Shown: positions 47,996 through 60,063 of the stretch, one piece after another | Position numbering within the stretch: position 1 is the first letter of the stretch | Layout of the letters: each line of letters opens with the position of its first letter | Assembly (NCBI GenBank): GCA_977018835.1 | Contig: OZ361256.1 | Coordinates: forward strand, 2,604,001 to 2,668,000 | DNA length: 64,000 nt | Reading direction: 5' to 3' | From: Minutocellus sp. GHC0000111 | Taxonomy: Eukaryota | The notes under the pieces: model-generated | What the model saw: the letters and a program-made list of their open reading frames with translations, nothing else | Database searches by the model: none | Told to the model about the DNA's origin: nothing | Made by a program: the position numbers and the translations under genes

Positions 47996-49732
47996 ATGAC
48001 GGCTTCCCCGATGCCCAATGCAGCCCCGCGACTTCGCAAGTCGAAGTACTTTGCCTTTCTGTCTGGTGGAACCAACAGCTACGAAGAAGGCAAGGCGCCA
48101 AGGACAGGTACCGTCGATCGTGCTGGACACGACGGAAGCAAACCCACCAAAGGTGCACTGTCACCGAGCACCACCGGCAACCCCTCGTCGCCACCCAAAC
48201 GCCTGCGCCAAAATCCTGGCTTTGCATCCAATTCGTCTCAACTCTCCTCCCTCCTAAAGGAGATGGACGAGCTCATAATGATCGATCGTATTCTGGACGC
48301 ACGTTCGGTGGTCGACAAAATTCGCACCGTCGAATCTCAAATCGGACTTGCACCTCACGGTCTCATATCGCCCGATACCTGTTCCAAGATGGAGGCGGTG
48401 GTGTCGGAATCGGATCACATTCGGCTTTTGCTGAAAGATTTGCGCAGCGACGATACATGGCACTTGGTCAAACAAACCAAGGCGGAGGGGGGCATTACCG
48501 TTCATTATCGCAACGAGGAGGGCAGTCCCATCCATTCCGTCAAGACACATACCATTTTGGAGGGCGTTGATGCAACGGGTTTTGTTCGTATATGCAGTCT
48601 GTTCTTGGAATCAGATTTATTTCCATTGTGGGCGCCTGGCAACATCATTGAGAGCAGTGAGGTGCTGGCCTCGCCGTCCAAGTTCCGGCAGATTATACAC
48701 CAAAAGCTAAATTTTGGCAAGTTCAGCCCCATTTCGCCACGAGATTCCATTGTGGAAGGACGGGGGTATCATTTGGCCGATGACAATGCCGTGTTGATTC
48801 TTGCTAGCTCCGTATCCAAGTCACCCTACTGTGATGTCCCACCCAAAAGCAAATCGCGCGTACGCATCGACCTTCAGCAGGCCTTTTATATTGAGTTGTT
48901 GCCAGGTAACCGCGTACTGTTCCGTCAGATATCACACGACGATCTGAAGCTTCGTTTCATGCCAGCATTTGTGGTCAATTGGTTGTCCCAGGGTGCCATG
49001 CCAATTGGATTCATACACAGTCTCAAGTCAGTGTTGCGTAGATATGAAAGTGCCGAATTTCATCAGCGAATGCAGCAACGAAGAGATTTGTATGGTGAGA
49101 TTGAAGAGCGTGTGCATACCGAGCTAGTTTCAAAGGTCAGCTCGCTGGTTTCAAAGGTCAGCCGGATGGATAGCGGTGATACGATTCACGAAAGCGATGA
49201 AGAAGGGTATGGTGAAACCCAGATCAAAGAGAGAGCACTCAAGGAATGTTTTCCGAATAAGGCTGTCGTGGCTGGGAACGGCAACATGTCCACATTTGCC
49301 ACTTGCTTTGCTTGTCTCGCTTGCATATTCATTGCTCAGTTTGGCGTTCGGCTAAGTTTATTTTGGGCGGTGCTGCCGAGGGAGACTCAGGTGTTGATAG
49401 CATTGTGCATTTTCTCGCTGCCGGTCTTGATGTTTTGCGGATCAAAACTGAGCAAGAAGAATGGTCGCAATGGAAATAGAGTTCGGATCAACAAGTCGGC
49501 CGGTTCGGTAGCAGGATCCCTATCTGCTTCATCGAAAAACGACGACTCGCCCAAGCGATTCATTGTGCCATCGTTGGACGAGGGCACGCCAATTGAAACG
49601 CCAAAGAAGAAATTGCCTATCGCCGAACCGACGGGCGGTGCCATCAGTCACAACACACTGGTGGCGAAACCAACCAAGATTAAAAAGGAGAAGAAGAAGA
49701 AATTTCTCAGGGCGATGCGGAGAAAGAAGTAG
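47996..49732 (+). CDS. START/SRPBCC-like lipid-binding protein with C-terminal TM helices
   Basis: W.LVK..GITVHYR, ESDLFPLWAP, SPRDSIVEG and MPAFVVNW START-type motifs; two hydrophobic segments; basic tail. Confidence 0.7.
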   Translation: MTASPMPNAAPRLRKSKYFAFLSGGTNSYEEGKAPRTGTVDRAGHDGSKPTKGALSPSTTGNPSSPPKRLRQNPGFASNSSQLSSLLKEMDELIMIDRILDARSVVDKIRTVESQIGLAPHGLISPDTCSKMEAVVSESDHIRLLLKDLRSDDTWHLVKQTKAEGGITVHYRNEEGSPIHSVKTHTILEGVDATGFVRICSLFLESDLFPLWAPGNIIESSEVLASPSKFRQIIHQKLNFGKFSPISPRDSIVEGRGYHLADDNAVLILASSVSKSPYCDVPPKSKSRVRIDLQQAFYIELLPGNRVLFRQISHDDLKLRFMPAFVVNWLSQGAMPIGFIHSLKSVLRRYESAEFHQRMQQRRDLYGEIEERVHTELVSKVSSLVSKVSRMDSGDTIHESDEEGYGETQIKERALKECFPNKAVVAGNGNMSTFATCFACLACIFIAQFGVRLSLFWAVLPRETQVLIALCIFSLPVLMFCGSKLSKKNGRNGNRVRINKSAGSVAGSLSASSKNDDSPKRFIVPSLDEGTPIETPKKKLPIAEPTGGAISHNTLVAKPTKIKKEKKKKFLRAMRRKK

Positions 49733-49808
49733 ATGATCTAGCTAGGACCCTAGAGTCAAGCTATGCTATAAGATTATTATGAGGTAAAACCTGACTAAAA
49801 TACATAAC

Positions 49809-49977
49809 TTGCCGACTGAGATAACAACTGAAGACTGACTTCTTGCGAAGCGATCGCGAATCGCGAAGGAAGATCTTTCAAGGTTCGTCCGTTAGTTGCC
49901 GAATGAGATAACGACTGACGACTGTACTGACTTATTGCGAAGCGATCGCGAAGGAAGATCTTTCAAGGTTCGTCCGT
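49809..49977. repeat. Imperfect two-unit tandem repeat (about 85 bp) upstream of MVD
   Basis: ttgccga.tgagataac.actga...ttgcgaagcgatcgcgaa..ggaagatctttcaaggttcgtccgt occurs twice. Confidence 0.85.
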
Positions 49978-50277
49978 CGCCTCGTCATTGGCACGCGGCG
50001 ATGCCGGCTCGCAACAGAGAATCCATCAGTGTCACAAATCTGCTTGGTGCCGTACCTACGAGGTATCTTTCTTGGCACATCACCAATCTGTACTGCCGCC
50101 GTCGCGAAAGAGGCAGCACTTCGTTGCTCGATATTTCTTGCTTCTTTGACCAGCTGAGCAAGTTATTGCTGCTCACTTATCTTCCGTCTTCGCGATAAGA
50201 AACAGTAGATACGGGACATATCCGCCTCCCACGATCCGAACCATAAGAACGAACCATCACATCAACCAACTCAAACC

Positions 50278-51537
50278 ATGACGCCTCAACCCGTAATTCA
50301 CATGGCCACGGTCTCGGCACCGACCAACATCGCCTGTGTCAAGTATTGGGGCAAGGCCTCCGTCGAGCACAACACCCCGATCAACTCCTCCGTCAGCGTC
50401 ACGCTCGACCAGTCCGATCTTCGCGCCGTGACTACTGCCGCGGCCTCTCCGTCCTTTGCCACCGATCGGCTTTGGCTCAACGGCATCGAAGAGGAGGATG
50501 CCGCCACGTCCAAGCGCTTCCGGGCCTGCGTCGACGGTGTGCGCGCGTTGGCGTGCGACAAGATCGATCCAGGCACCGGTGCCGTCCTGGTCCGAAAGGA
50601 GGATTGGTCTAATATGCACGTCCATGTGGCAAGCTACAATACCTTCCCCACCGCCGCGGGTTTGGCCAGCAGTGCCGCTGGATATGCTGCACTGGTGGCA
50701 GCTCTGGCGGGACTCTTCAATGCCAAGGAACAGTACGAGGGTCAGCTCAGTGCTATAGCTCGACAGGGGTCTGGATCCGCCTGCCGTTCCTTGTATGGTG
50801 GCTTCGTCGCATGGAGGATGGGCGGTGCCCAATCCGACTGGTCCGACTCCCTCGCCCAACAGGTGGCACCGGAAACGCATTGGCCGGAAATCCGTGCGTT
50901 GATTCTGGTCGTATCCGACGCTAAGAAGGACACGTCCAGCACGGCCGGCATGTCCACGTCGGTCGCCACCTCCCAGCTGCTGGGCTATCGTGCCCGTGAG
51001 GTGGTCCAACCTCGGATGGAGGCCATCGAAAAGGCATGGTTGGCCAAGGATTTCGCGACCTTTGCGCACATTACCATGGCCGAATCCAACCAGTTCCATG
51101 CCACGTGCTTGGATACCTATCCGCCCATTTTTTACATGAACGATGTTTCCCGTTCCGTCATCCGGGCGGTGCATGTGTACAATGACTGGGCTGGTGAGAT
51201 TCGGGCGGCCTATACCTTTGACGCTGGTCCCAATGCCGTCCTGTATACGCTGGATCAGTATGTGGTGGAACTTGGTGCGTTCATGCTTCGGTTCTATCCT
51301 GCCGTGGCCAACGCGGCTCTTGGATCCTACATCAACAATGCTGGATATGCCCAGGCAGTTCAAGACTTCAAGCTGGACGATGGGTTGGTGGCGGCCATCG
51401 AACGGACTGGACGCATCCCAACGGCAGGGGATGTCAAGATGATTTACTATACTCGATCAGGACCTGGACCACAGGTGCTGGGTCAGGAGGATGCCATCAT
51501 TGATCCACTGACGGGTCTAAACACGTATCATCTTTAG
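50278..51537 (+). CDS. MVD: Diphosphomevalonate decarboxylase
   Basis: APTNIACVKYWGK, NTFPTAAGLASSAAG, ARQGSGSACRSLYGGF, SNQFHATCLDTYPPIFY and AYTFDAGPNAV. Confidence 0.97.
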   Translation: MTPQPVIHMATVSAPTNIACVKYWGKASVEHNTPINSSVSVTLDQSDLRAVTTAAASPSFATDRLWLNGIEEEDAATSKRFRACVDGVRALACDKIDPGTGAVLVRKEDWSNMHVHVASYNTFPTAAGLASSAAGYAALVAALAGLFNAKEQYEGQLSAIARQGSGSACRSLYGGFVAWRMGGAQSDWSDSLAQQVAPETHWPEIRALILVVSDAKKDTSSTAGMSTSVATSQLLGYRAREVVQPRMEAIEKAWLAKDFATFAHITMAESNQFHATCLDTYPPIFYMNDVSRSVIRAVHVYNDWAGEIRAAYTFDAGPNAVLYTLDQYVVELGAFMLRFYPAVANAALGSYINNAGYAQAVQDFKLDDGLVAAIERTGRIPTAGDVKMIYYTRSGPGPQVLGQEDAIIDPLTGLNTYHL

Positions 51538-51727
51538 GGTCTATTTCGAAAGACGTGCGAACATACCTTTCGATGTGTGTAACTTGTTTTGTTTAAATAA
51601 ATCGTATATGGAAATTTCGTCGCCTTTTAGTGAATCTTTATGTTTGAATATAGCATGTATACCTTTATTAAGCCAATTACTATTATCAACTTTAGCCCAG
51701 TGACAAAAGATTGACCTATTCTTGCAT

Positions 51728-53584
51728 TCAACCGCCAAGCAGCCCATCGTCAATGTCCATTCCGCTGAAATTGACATCGAGAAGAGGACTGTGCATGCGC
51801 TCGTAGAGCAAAATGAATGCTTCGGCATTGAGAACATCTCTCTCCTGGGCAGGTGTGACGATGGAATCATTGAATAGATACCACTTACCGCCATCGCTGA
51901 CGGATTGATTGAGGTCGGCGACCGAGGCTACATTGGACCAGGCCGTGACACGACAATGTGCGAAGTAATGGCCGCATTGTGGCGAAGATCCGGAGTGAGA
52001 TACTACTGCAGCGAGACGGTAGTGACAGCTTTCATCCTTTTCGCCACCATCGTGACCACTCAAGAGCGACGTGGCATCAAAGTCCAATGGAAATTCCACG
52101 CGTCGCCCATCCTTGTGCAGTCCCTTGCTCTTGTTCCACAGCGTACGGCGAAAGGAAAACAGCAGTGTCTGTGGACGACGGCCGAGTTGAATCGTCTTCG
52201 TCGCATTGCGCTTACCTTTGCACGTATCGCATTCAAAGATGTTGTCATCGGTAAGTCGCGTTGATGCTGTTTCGTGCTCGAGGCACTCCTGAAGCGTTAC
52301 ATACCGACGTCTACCAACCGCCGGAGGTAAAGAAAGGTACAGCCCAAGCAATGGCTCTGTGCGGACGGTCAGGGTACCGCAATCATCGCACGTTACCTCT
52401 TGGCGCTGTTCGATCCCAAATAAGTCCGTGAGGACGGTACCGGGCCACTTGTTTTTCTTCGAATCATCATCCTTGTCCTTATTCAGCGGACTGAGCTCTT
52501 CATCCAATCGGTCCAATACAAATCCGAGGAATTCCGACGCATCTTGCTGTCTTCGGGCCGCAAACAGTCCACCATGGGTCCACACTGCATGAACAAATGC
52601 CTTAGGGCTAATCACCTGCCACCTCCCCGACCAAAGTACTCTCAACAGAGCATGGATAGCTTCCGTCAGCGCCAACCGATCGGGCTCTTCTTCGCTGTCC
52701 TGCAACCGCAGCAAATGCTTGGCTGTAGTCTGCCGATCCAACCGTACCTTTGGCCCGGTGCTTTCACCGAGCCTCAGCGGTGCCGCTGCTCTCAAAAAGT
52801 CATTGAAAAAGGATCGGAAGCCGGTGCAATGACTCAACGCTTGCAATACGCTGTTCATGTAGCATGTGTTGCCCAGGTTGCGCAATCCGGCACATCCGGG
52901 CGGAGTTAGGGGACCATGCCGCGGCGATCGGCGCACCGGCACGGGTGATGGTGGCACGGGCATCGGCGGTAGCTGGTTGGGCGTTATACTCATGTCCATC
53001 ACGGAACTGCTGATGCTGGCACTTGTAGCCGACGATGCCGTCGTAGAATCGGCATCTGGCATTTCTGCATTATCTGTGCCATCATCATCTGTGCCATCAT
53101 TGGCTGTATTAGCATTCTCCCCATCATCGACAGTTTCGTCGGGTAACTCCTTGGTTTCCATGTCAATCATGTCGGAACGCAGCAGGCTCAACCACGGCGC
53201 GTCGGATATCACGTAGTCGTCGCATACGTAGCAGTGCACGGCGCGAGATACCACGTCGATGCAAACCTCGTGATGTCCACAGTTCTTGTCCGCATCTTCT
53301 GCGACTGATGGTGCTGACGGTGACGAATGTCCCTCCTTCGCTTTCGCATTGTTCGGTCGCTGCTGCCGTTGGGCCGCCGCCATGGTCTGGAAGTGATGCT
53401 TGCTGTGCCCGCCTCCCAGCGCTGGCATAAAGGCTCGTCTGCCGCAACCGACGTGGCCGCAGGTCAGACAACACCACACGCCGTCGGTGGAGCTGCAAAC
53501 GCGGCAGGACCAGAGGTCCGGTGTTCGCAGTGCGTGAATTGCCGGCGCTGATGGGGGGCGCATATGTGGGCAGTTGGTGGCCAT
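51728..53584 (-). CDS. Ubiquitin-specific protease with N-terminal zf-UBP
   Basis: CPH...WCCLTCGHVGCGR zf-UBP; GLRNLGNTCYMNSVLQAL Cys box; QQDASEF; HSG...GHY and WYLFND His box. Confidence 0.93.
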   Translation of the reverse strand: MATNCPHMRPPSAPAIHALRTPDLWSCRVCSSTDGVWCCLTCGHVGCGRRAFMPALGGGHSKHHFQTMAAAQRQQRPNNAKAKEGHSSPSAPSVAEDADKNCGHHEVCIDVVSRAVHCYVCDDYVISDAPWLSLLRSDMIDMETKELPDETVDDGENANTANDGTDDDGTDNAEMPDADSTTASSATSASISSSVMDMSITPNQLPPMPVPPSPVPVRRSPRHGPLTPPGCAGLRNLGNTCYMNSVLQALSHCTGFRSFFNDFLRAAAPLRLGESTGPKVRLDRQTTAKHLLRLQDSEEEPDRLALTEAIHALLRVLWSGRWQVISPKAFVHAVWTHGGLFAARRQQDASEFLGFVLDRLDEELSPLNKDKDDDSKKNKWPGTVLTDLFGIEQRQEVTCDDCGTLTVRTEPLLGLYLSLPPAVGRRRYVTLQECLEHETASTRLTDDNIFECDTCKGKRNATKTIQLGRRPQTLLFSFRRTLWNKSKGLHKDGRRVEFPLDFDATSLLSGHDGGEKDESCHYRLAAVVSHSGSSPQCGHYFAHCRVTAWSNVASVADLNQSVSDGGKWYLFNDSIVTPAQERDVLNAEAFILLYERMHSPLLDVNFSGMDIDDGLLGG

Positions 53585-54074
53585 GCTACGAAACTGTGAA
53601 ATGAATTATGGCTGAGGCTGAGCAAACCCTCGTTTGATTCCTACAGTTTCTGATTCAAATCTGCGTCTCGTTAGGGGAGATTCCAGGATGTTGTACATGT
53701 ATGTGAGGAAGCAGGGGGAGAGATCGGACAGATGCAGGTGGTTATTATAAGCGGTCGCTACCGTTTACAATATCCCGAATTCTAGGAGTTATCGGATCCC
53801 AGTCGTCCCACTGGTCGGATCGATTAATTAGAGTACCAGATAAGGATAAGGATAAGGATGTATGCGAGGAAGCAAGTTGAAAAGATACGGTTGCATCAAT
53901 GGTTGCATGTTGCATGTTGTGTTTGTTCGACTGATGTTCGTTCGCAGAGCGAGATCTCCGGGTTTCTTTTATTAATACAGGCAAAATAAATGAGGTCAGA
54001 GGCGTTCTTGGCTTGGCATTCGATGGCGAAGCCTGCGGCCAAGCCAATTACGCCAGCGGCGGCAAGAGTGCAAT

Positions 54075-55613
54075 ATGTTTCGCTTCGCTATCTTGCCATT
54101 GCCGTTGCTATTGTTGGTGCAATGCGCGCCATGGTCATCACGAGATGCCTCGGCCTTTGCTTTTTCGCCAAACGGCCCGATGACGACAAGAACAACACGT
54201 ACGTTGAGCAAGCATCAAAGGCAACGGCCCTCCCCCCTTTCTGCCGCCGATGACAACAATGATGAAAGCACTGAACAGATCAATCCGAATGACTTGGAGA
54301 CCGCCGAAGAACGAGCAGCACGGATGGAACTGGTCAAACAGATCCAAAAGTCATTCTATGCCGATGCGTCAGGGGCACAGAAGGAGACAACAACCGGGTC
54401 CTTCGACGACGTGGGCCTTTGGCGAGTCCAATGGACGGAGCTGCCGGGATATCAAAACGTTTTGAATGTACACGTGGCGCACTACACGCACATGTTTCAA
54501 TCGTTCGTCAATGGTCCGAGGCCGTGGTACTTTGGTCATCTGTACCTTCCCGGTGGATCTGAAAACTTGGAGAACGAGGAATATCGTCTGTGCGGCGAAG
54601 ATAGCAAACAAACCCGATGGGGGACACTGATGAAGGTGTCGGACTATCAGCAGCTTGACGAGGACGGACGATTGCTCCTCATCGTGCAGGCTGTTGGAAA
54701 GTACAAGGTCACATCGGCCACTCAGCACACACCCTACTCAATTGCAAAGGTTTGCCTGATTCCGGATAGAGAATTGATCTGTCAGTATTACCAGATGGCT
54801 CTGGAAAAGATTGAGAGTGGATTGGGTGTATCGTTTGGTGGTAATTTTGATATTGATGGCAAAGCGCAAGAGAAAATTGCCTGGGAAGCGGCAAGAGTCA
54901 TTTGTACCAACGAAATGATGTACTGGGAAGACTTTGAATACCGAGACGTGAAGGTGAGCGATACTATCAATGGCGGTGTTGAGGCATCTCCTCTGGCAAA
55001 CTATGATGCTGAGGGAATCCCCACCAGTCCATTTGATGCCGACAAGGCGCTTAATGATTTCGTTGCGGAGTTCTCAGCAAAGGTGGATAGTGGAGATCTG
55101 CGCATCGATACCTTGACGTCTCCTCCTGAGTCGATTGATCTCGACGATGCCAGAAAAATGACTGCGAAAGTTTTGGAACTGGAAAAGGAGGTTTGGAAAG
55201 ACCTCGACTTTCTCATTCAACTATTGATGATTTTGTCGCCAGGTGCAAGTGTCCCAGTGCCTACCCAACTACTCGGCTTGCTGCCCACAGACGAAGATTT
55301 TCCCGAGGGGTTCAAACTAAATGCATTTGTCGTTCGTCTCAAGAAAGAGAAGGCACTTGTGGGCACGGCGAGCAAGAGTCCGTTTGTGTCTGTATGCGAA
55401 GCCGCTCCAGATTATCCTCCTCTTCGAAGAGCTCAGAGATTGAGTTTTGCCGTTTGGGTGCTTTTGGATATTGTCTTGGCGGGATACGGTCCAGCTGGAA
55501 GTATCAGGCAAGACGTTTTGGAATTGGAAAGCATCGAGGAAAGACTAGACGCTGCTTTGAGAGGTCTCAATGCGCTGAACTCGTCTCTGAAGAAGACGCT
55601 TGAGCAGAGATGA
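54075..55613 (+). CDS. Plastid-targeted protein with a Lon N-terminal-like domain
   Basis: Signal + ASAFAF leader; ELPGYQNVLNVHVAHYTHMF, GTLMKV, DGRLLLIVQAVG and RQDVLELESIEERL resemble LON substrate-binding domains. Confidence 0.7.
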   Translation: MFRFAILPLPLLLLVQCAPWSSRDASAFAFSPNGPMTTRTTRTLSKHQRQRPSPLSAADDNNDESTEQINPNDLETAEERAARMELVKQIQKSFYADASGAQKETTTGSFDDVGLWRVQWTELPGYQNVLNVHVAHYTHMFQSFVNGPRPWYFGHLYLPGGSENLENEEYRLCGEDSKQTRWGTLMKVSDYQQLDEDGRLLLIVQAVGKYKVTSATQHTPYSIAKVCLIPDRELICQYYQMALEKIESGLGVSFGGNFDIDGKAQEKIAWEAARVICTNEMMYWEDFEYRDVKVSDTINGGVEASPLANYDAEGIPTSPFDADKALNDFVAEFSAKVDSGDLRIDTLTSPPESIDLDDARKMTAKVLELEKEVWKDLDFLIQLLMILSPGASVPVPTQLLGLLPTDEDFPEGFKLNAFVVRLKKEKALVGTASKSPFVSVCEAAPDYPPLRRAQRLSFAVWVLLDIVLAGYGPAGSIRQDVLELESIEERLDAALRGLNALNSSLKKTLEQR

Positions 55614-55854
55614 TATATATTTGGGTTTGCTGGTCCAAGGTACGTACTCTAGCTCTAGAGTAGCCGAAGGATTGCATCCTTGCTCTGCCCTCTCGGAACT
55701 TCCGGGTCCCTCTTTTGGGTTCGCAAAGTTTGACGCCATGAACGAACGAAGATCCATGCGAAGATATCAGCGTCGATTCGGCCACAAATCAAACAATCAC
55801 ATCAAACCGGCCTTTGGATTTTCTTTATTGCAACACATCCGCGCTCAAGATAAA

Positions 55855-56358
55855 ATGAAGCTTCCACTCAAACTGGACGAGGACCATCCTATGTTGTCAG
55901 CCACAAGATTTCTTTTTCCTGTTTTCGCACTTGGGATGGCCATCCTCAACATCATGGGCAAGCCACCTCAAATCGTTCACGACCACTGGGACAAGGATGG
56001 GTTTGGTGATGGATTCTTTCCCTGGTTCGAAGCCGACTCCGACGATAAACGCTTCGTAGCTGGTATGATTGAACTGAGCGGTGTGCTGATGATCATTGGA
56101 ACCCATCGTTATCGTCCTCCTGGTTACGCCACGATTGCGCTCATGTACGGCCGAGGCGCCATGGTCTGCAGGAATCTTGGACTGGGAATGGCCAAATGTG
56201 GCTCAGTTGGAATGGCCTCTGGCATTGCCTTTTGGCTTCTACTGCAGGAGGAAGTTGACATGCTGCACAATCTTCTGGGATTGAGCTATCGCACCAATGA
56301 TCCCCCTTTCGAAAGCAAAACAAATGTTGTTGGAATGAAGAAAGTGAAGAGTTGGTAA
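55855..56358 (+). CDS. Small membrane protein (DoxX-like)
   Basis: 3-4 hydrophobic segments including VAGMIELSGVLMII; start codon uncertain. Confidence 0.5.
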   Translation: MKLPLKLDEDHPMLSATRFLFPVFALGMAILNIMGKPPQIVHDHWDKDGFGDGFFPWFEADSDDKRFVAGMIELSGVLMIIGTHRYRPPGYATIALMYGRGAMVCRNLGLGMAKCGSVGMASGIAFWLLLQEEVDMLHNLLGLSYRTNDPPFESKTNVVGMKKVKSW

Positions 56359-57351
56359 AAGGGGAGAGACGGTGGGGTTGATGGTGAAAGCTTATTATCT
56401 TTGAATGCCATTGTGTAATTATTGGAGAGTGGAGAGATGCACCATGCATTGACGACGATAAACGAAGCCACATGTTGTGATGGTGTTCACATGATGTCGT
56501 TAATGTTTTCTATAGATACAATGTTAGATAGAGAAAAAGAAATACCATGGTATAGAAATCATACGGCCATATGCACCATCACAGCTAGAAAGTAGCATTG
56601 TTTATTCTGCGGTTGGTGATGACTTTGATTCTGACTTTTGTTTGGTAGTAGATCTATACATGTACCGGTACATGTAGTCGTTTCCTCGCTTCCTCGCCCG
56701 AGAAAAAATAAAAAACACTTTCATGCAAGAACATGCAGAGCAAGCCAAGGGAGATTTAGGAATCAAGACTACATCTTCTTATGAGTAACAGATAATACAT
56801 CTGACAATTAGTACATGTGCCGAGACGATGAATGCAGGATGGCTCCTCCATGCTGGCGAGATCTGCGGTCATCCTGATCCAAATGACGCATCTTCGCCGC
56901 TTGAACCCGTACGGAAAGCCGAAAGACAATGGCCTGCAAACTTTCACGTCACAATACCAGATGGCAGAAAGCCAGATAAGTTCTTTCTGACGACAGATAA
57001 GGCTCTTGAAGAAATCAGGCCGAATTTCCAAAGAGAACCCGTCTCCAAAAAAAGCGCCTCATCGACATCAACCTCAAAGGGCCGAGAGAGCAGCGCATGG
57101 AGAGCATCGGCCCAACCCGCATAAAAGCAACAACTCGCACGAACGAAGCAGATAGATCATCAATAGACTCGCATTTATCAATTAGTCATTTGGGTTTATC
57201 TATCGACTGATCCATGCAATTGAGCCAATAATCTACACCAGAGGATTGTCAAAGTAGGAAAGATCGAGCTGCGCGAAAAAGATCTTTGACAGCAAAAAAG
57301 ATACGATCGATTGAGAAGCCGTGTCGGGAGTAGGCCTCGGGCATACCAAGC

Positions 57352-59910
57352 ATGTCCTCCACTGATTGCCCTCCTTGCGCCGGTCCTGCCGGTGGGCCTC
57401 ATACCCTCCGCGATGCCGCGTTTGGGTATCTTCACAACGCTCCCCTTTGCATGATTGCGCTCGACCCGCAGACACACCGTCCCTTTCAGGCGAATCATAC
57501 CTTCGAGCGATCGATTGGACCCCTGCACAAATTTCAGCAGTACCCGTTCGCACAGGCCGCCGTCAGCGACGAGGGGCGGGAACGACTACAGTCAGCCCTA
57601 ACGGAGGCCTCCAAGGCCCTCCAGGCTGTCGCGTCGTCGCCGGCACAGCACCAACAGCATCAATCCCAGCCGCCAAGAATCAGCATACGCGTTCCCGACG
57701 TGGAAATTTTGACTCTGCCCGACGGTCCCGAGGGGGTTCTCTCGACAGGAAAGGGTGATCTGTCACCTGTCCGTAGACGATATGACTTTACGGTTGGAAT
57801 TGGACGACGGGACGACGTTTCTACATGTGCTACTGCTAACACTGCCGATCCTGGAGTGATCATAGTATTTGCTGACCACATCAACAAGACCGTCGAGCGA
57901 GAGATTATGGAAGCCGAGTTCTCGGACTATTTCCAGAATGCTCCCATCGCCCTGCACTGGCTGTCAAAGGACGGAATCATTCTTTGGGCCAACAAGACCG
58001 AGTTGGAGCTGTTGGGTTACCCTCGTCAAGAGTACATCGGTCAGCCAATCTCCAAATTTGCACACCCTCACGACCAGGCTATCGTTCGGGAGATGACGCA
58101 GCAGCTTGATCGAGACAAGGCCTTCCACGGCGTGTCGGTTCGATTCCTCGCCAAGGATGGCAACGTGATTTACCTTCTCATCGATTCCAAGGTCCGGTAT
58201 GATGTCAACGGCAACTTCGACCACTCCATCTGGTTCATCAGAGATGACACCAGCCGTCGCATTCGAGATGTTAGAAACAAGATCTTGCTCGACGAGACCT
58301 AGAGAAGCCAAACCATGGTATCCAACTTCATGAGTCGATCGCTGCACCACCTCCGAACGCCCCTCCACATTATGGAGCAAACAAGCGACCTTCTTTTGGA
58401 ACGGCTGCGAGAAGGCCAAGAGGACACTTCGTCTTCATCTTCAACTGCCGAGGTTGTAGCCGATTCCATCAACCTGCTCAACGAAAGCAAGTACTACGTC
58501 CATCGTGCCGTCGGCCTCATCGATGATATTTCCGACCTATCTCACCTTGACCAAGGTTCAGAATTAGAGGTGAATTATCGTGACCTTTCCATTCGAGAGC
58601 TAGGTTTGGATATTCTCGACGATGCCCCCACACCTTCCTCCGAGGGCGTGGACCTCAAGCTTGTGATTCATGAGGGCGTGCCTTCTTCCATCACTTCTGA
58701 TAGGACACTCGTCCGACGAGTTGTCACCCTGCTCCTTGAGCATGCTAGTCGATACACAAAGGAGGGAAACATCATCTTCTCCATCAGCGTTGGTAGCCGA
58801 AAAACACGAGTCAAGTTCGAAGTCGAGCACGACGGTTGTATGGACGCCAAGGATATCAATTCAGATCACGCCGATGGCAAGATGCTAGACGAGATGGAGG
58901 CCGCCAAGGCTGGAACACTGCCGCCCATCTTCCAGCGCTATCACCAACAGCTTGTACCAGAAGAAATGTACGATTCGGATCGAGCCGAGAGTCTCCCATC
59001 AAAGGTAGAAAGTCGAATGTCGGCTTTTCACACCACGAGTCTTGGCATATCTCTCAGTTTATCTTATCATCTTGTTCACGCTCTCGGAGGCGAGCTTCGC
59101 TACCAAGTCACCGATGCACCGGAGTCGGATCACGCTGACTCAGGTCAGTGCAACGCAACGAAGCTCTGGTTTTCTGTCCCGTGCGTTCCAGATGCAGATA
59201 CGTCTGAAAGTGACGACGAGGACGCTCCTACAAAGATGGACTTTGACAACGTGATTCCATCCGAGCCTCTGGGTTATGAGGAAGTCAGTAAATCCTCTAG
59301 GTTGGCTGTCGCCGTCAATCTCAAGAAACACGGACGGCGAGAGAGTAGTGCAAGCATTACGGATTACGAAGATGAAACTGAATACGAAACCAACCGAAAA
59401 AGGATGAGAGCTGACAGCGACGACGAAGGGAGCTTATTCGAGAGAAATATCGAATCAAAACCTCACATGGTCGATGGATCTGCCGAGTCATCCGTTGCAT
59501 CTCGCACCAGCAATGAGATGGAGACCGCTCCTCTTGTACTGATTGTCGAGGACACGGACATGTGTGCCAAACTGGTGGCGACAGTATTACGAAAGATGCA
59601 CATACCCTCGGCAAGGGCACGGAATGGTGAAGAAGCATTGGAGATGCTGCGAAGTGTCCCAAGAGGTTTGTACACCCTTGTACTGATGGACCTACGCATG
59701 CCTGTTATGGATGGGTTCGAGGCGACCATGGCAATCAAAAAGTATCTGAAGATGCCAGTGCCCGTCGTCGCACTTTCTGGAGAAACAAAGGATACGGTCA
59801 AACAAAAGTGCGACGAGATTGGCTTCGACGATTATGTTGAGAAGCCGATGAAGCGGAAACGATTGGAAGAGATAATCCGAAAATATTGCGTGCCCCCTGC
59901 ATCTGGTTGA
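57352..59910 (+). pseudogene. Hybrid histidine kinase (PAS-HisKA-HATPase-REC) with in-frame TAG at 58300-58302
   Basis: PAS (FQNAPIALHWLSKDGIILWAN..LLGY); LDET*RSQTMVSNFMSRSLHHLRTPLH H-box in the same frame; REC (LIVED..MDLRMPVMDG..KP). Confidence 0.8.
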
Positions 59911-60063
59911 GACCTAGCTACTGAGTTTGTAGAGCTAGCTAACTACGTAGGAAGACGATGGAGAAGTCGAGGAATTTGGGGTGATACATAGATCCATTAC
60001 TGCATAGCGATAGCCGTTGTTTGTAATTAGAGCAAAATATCAATTTATCTTTTCTTATTATTC

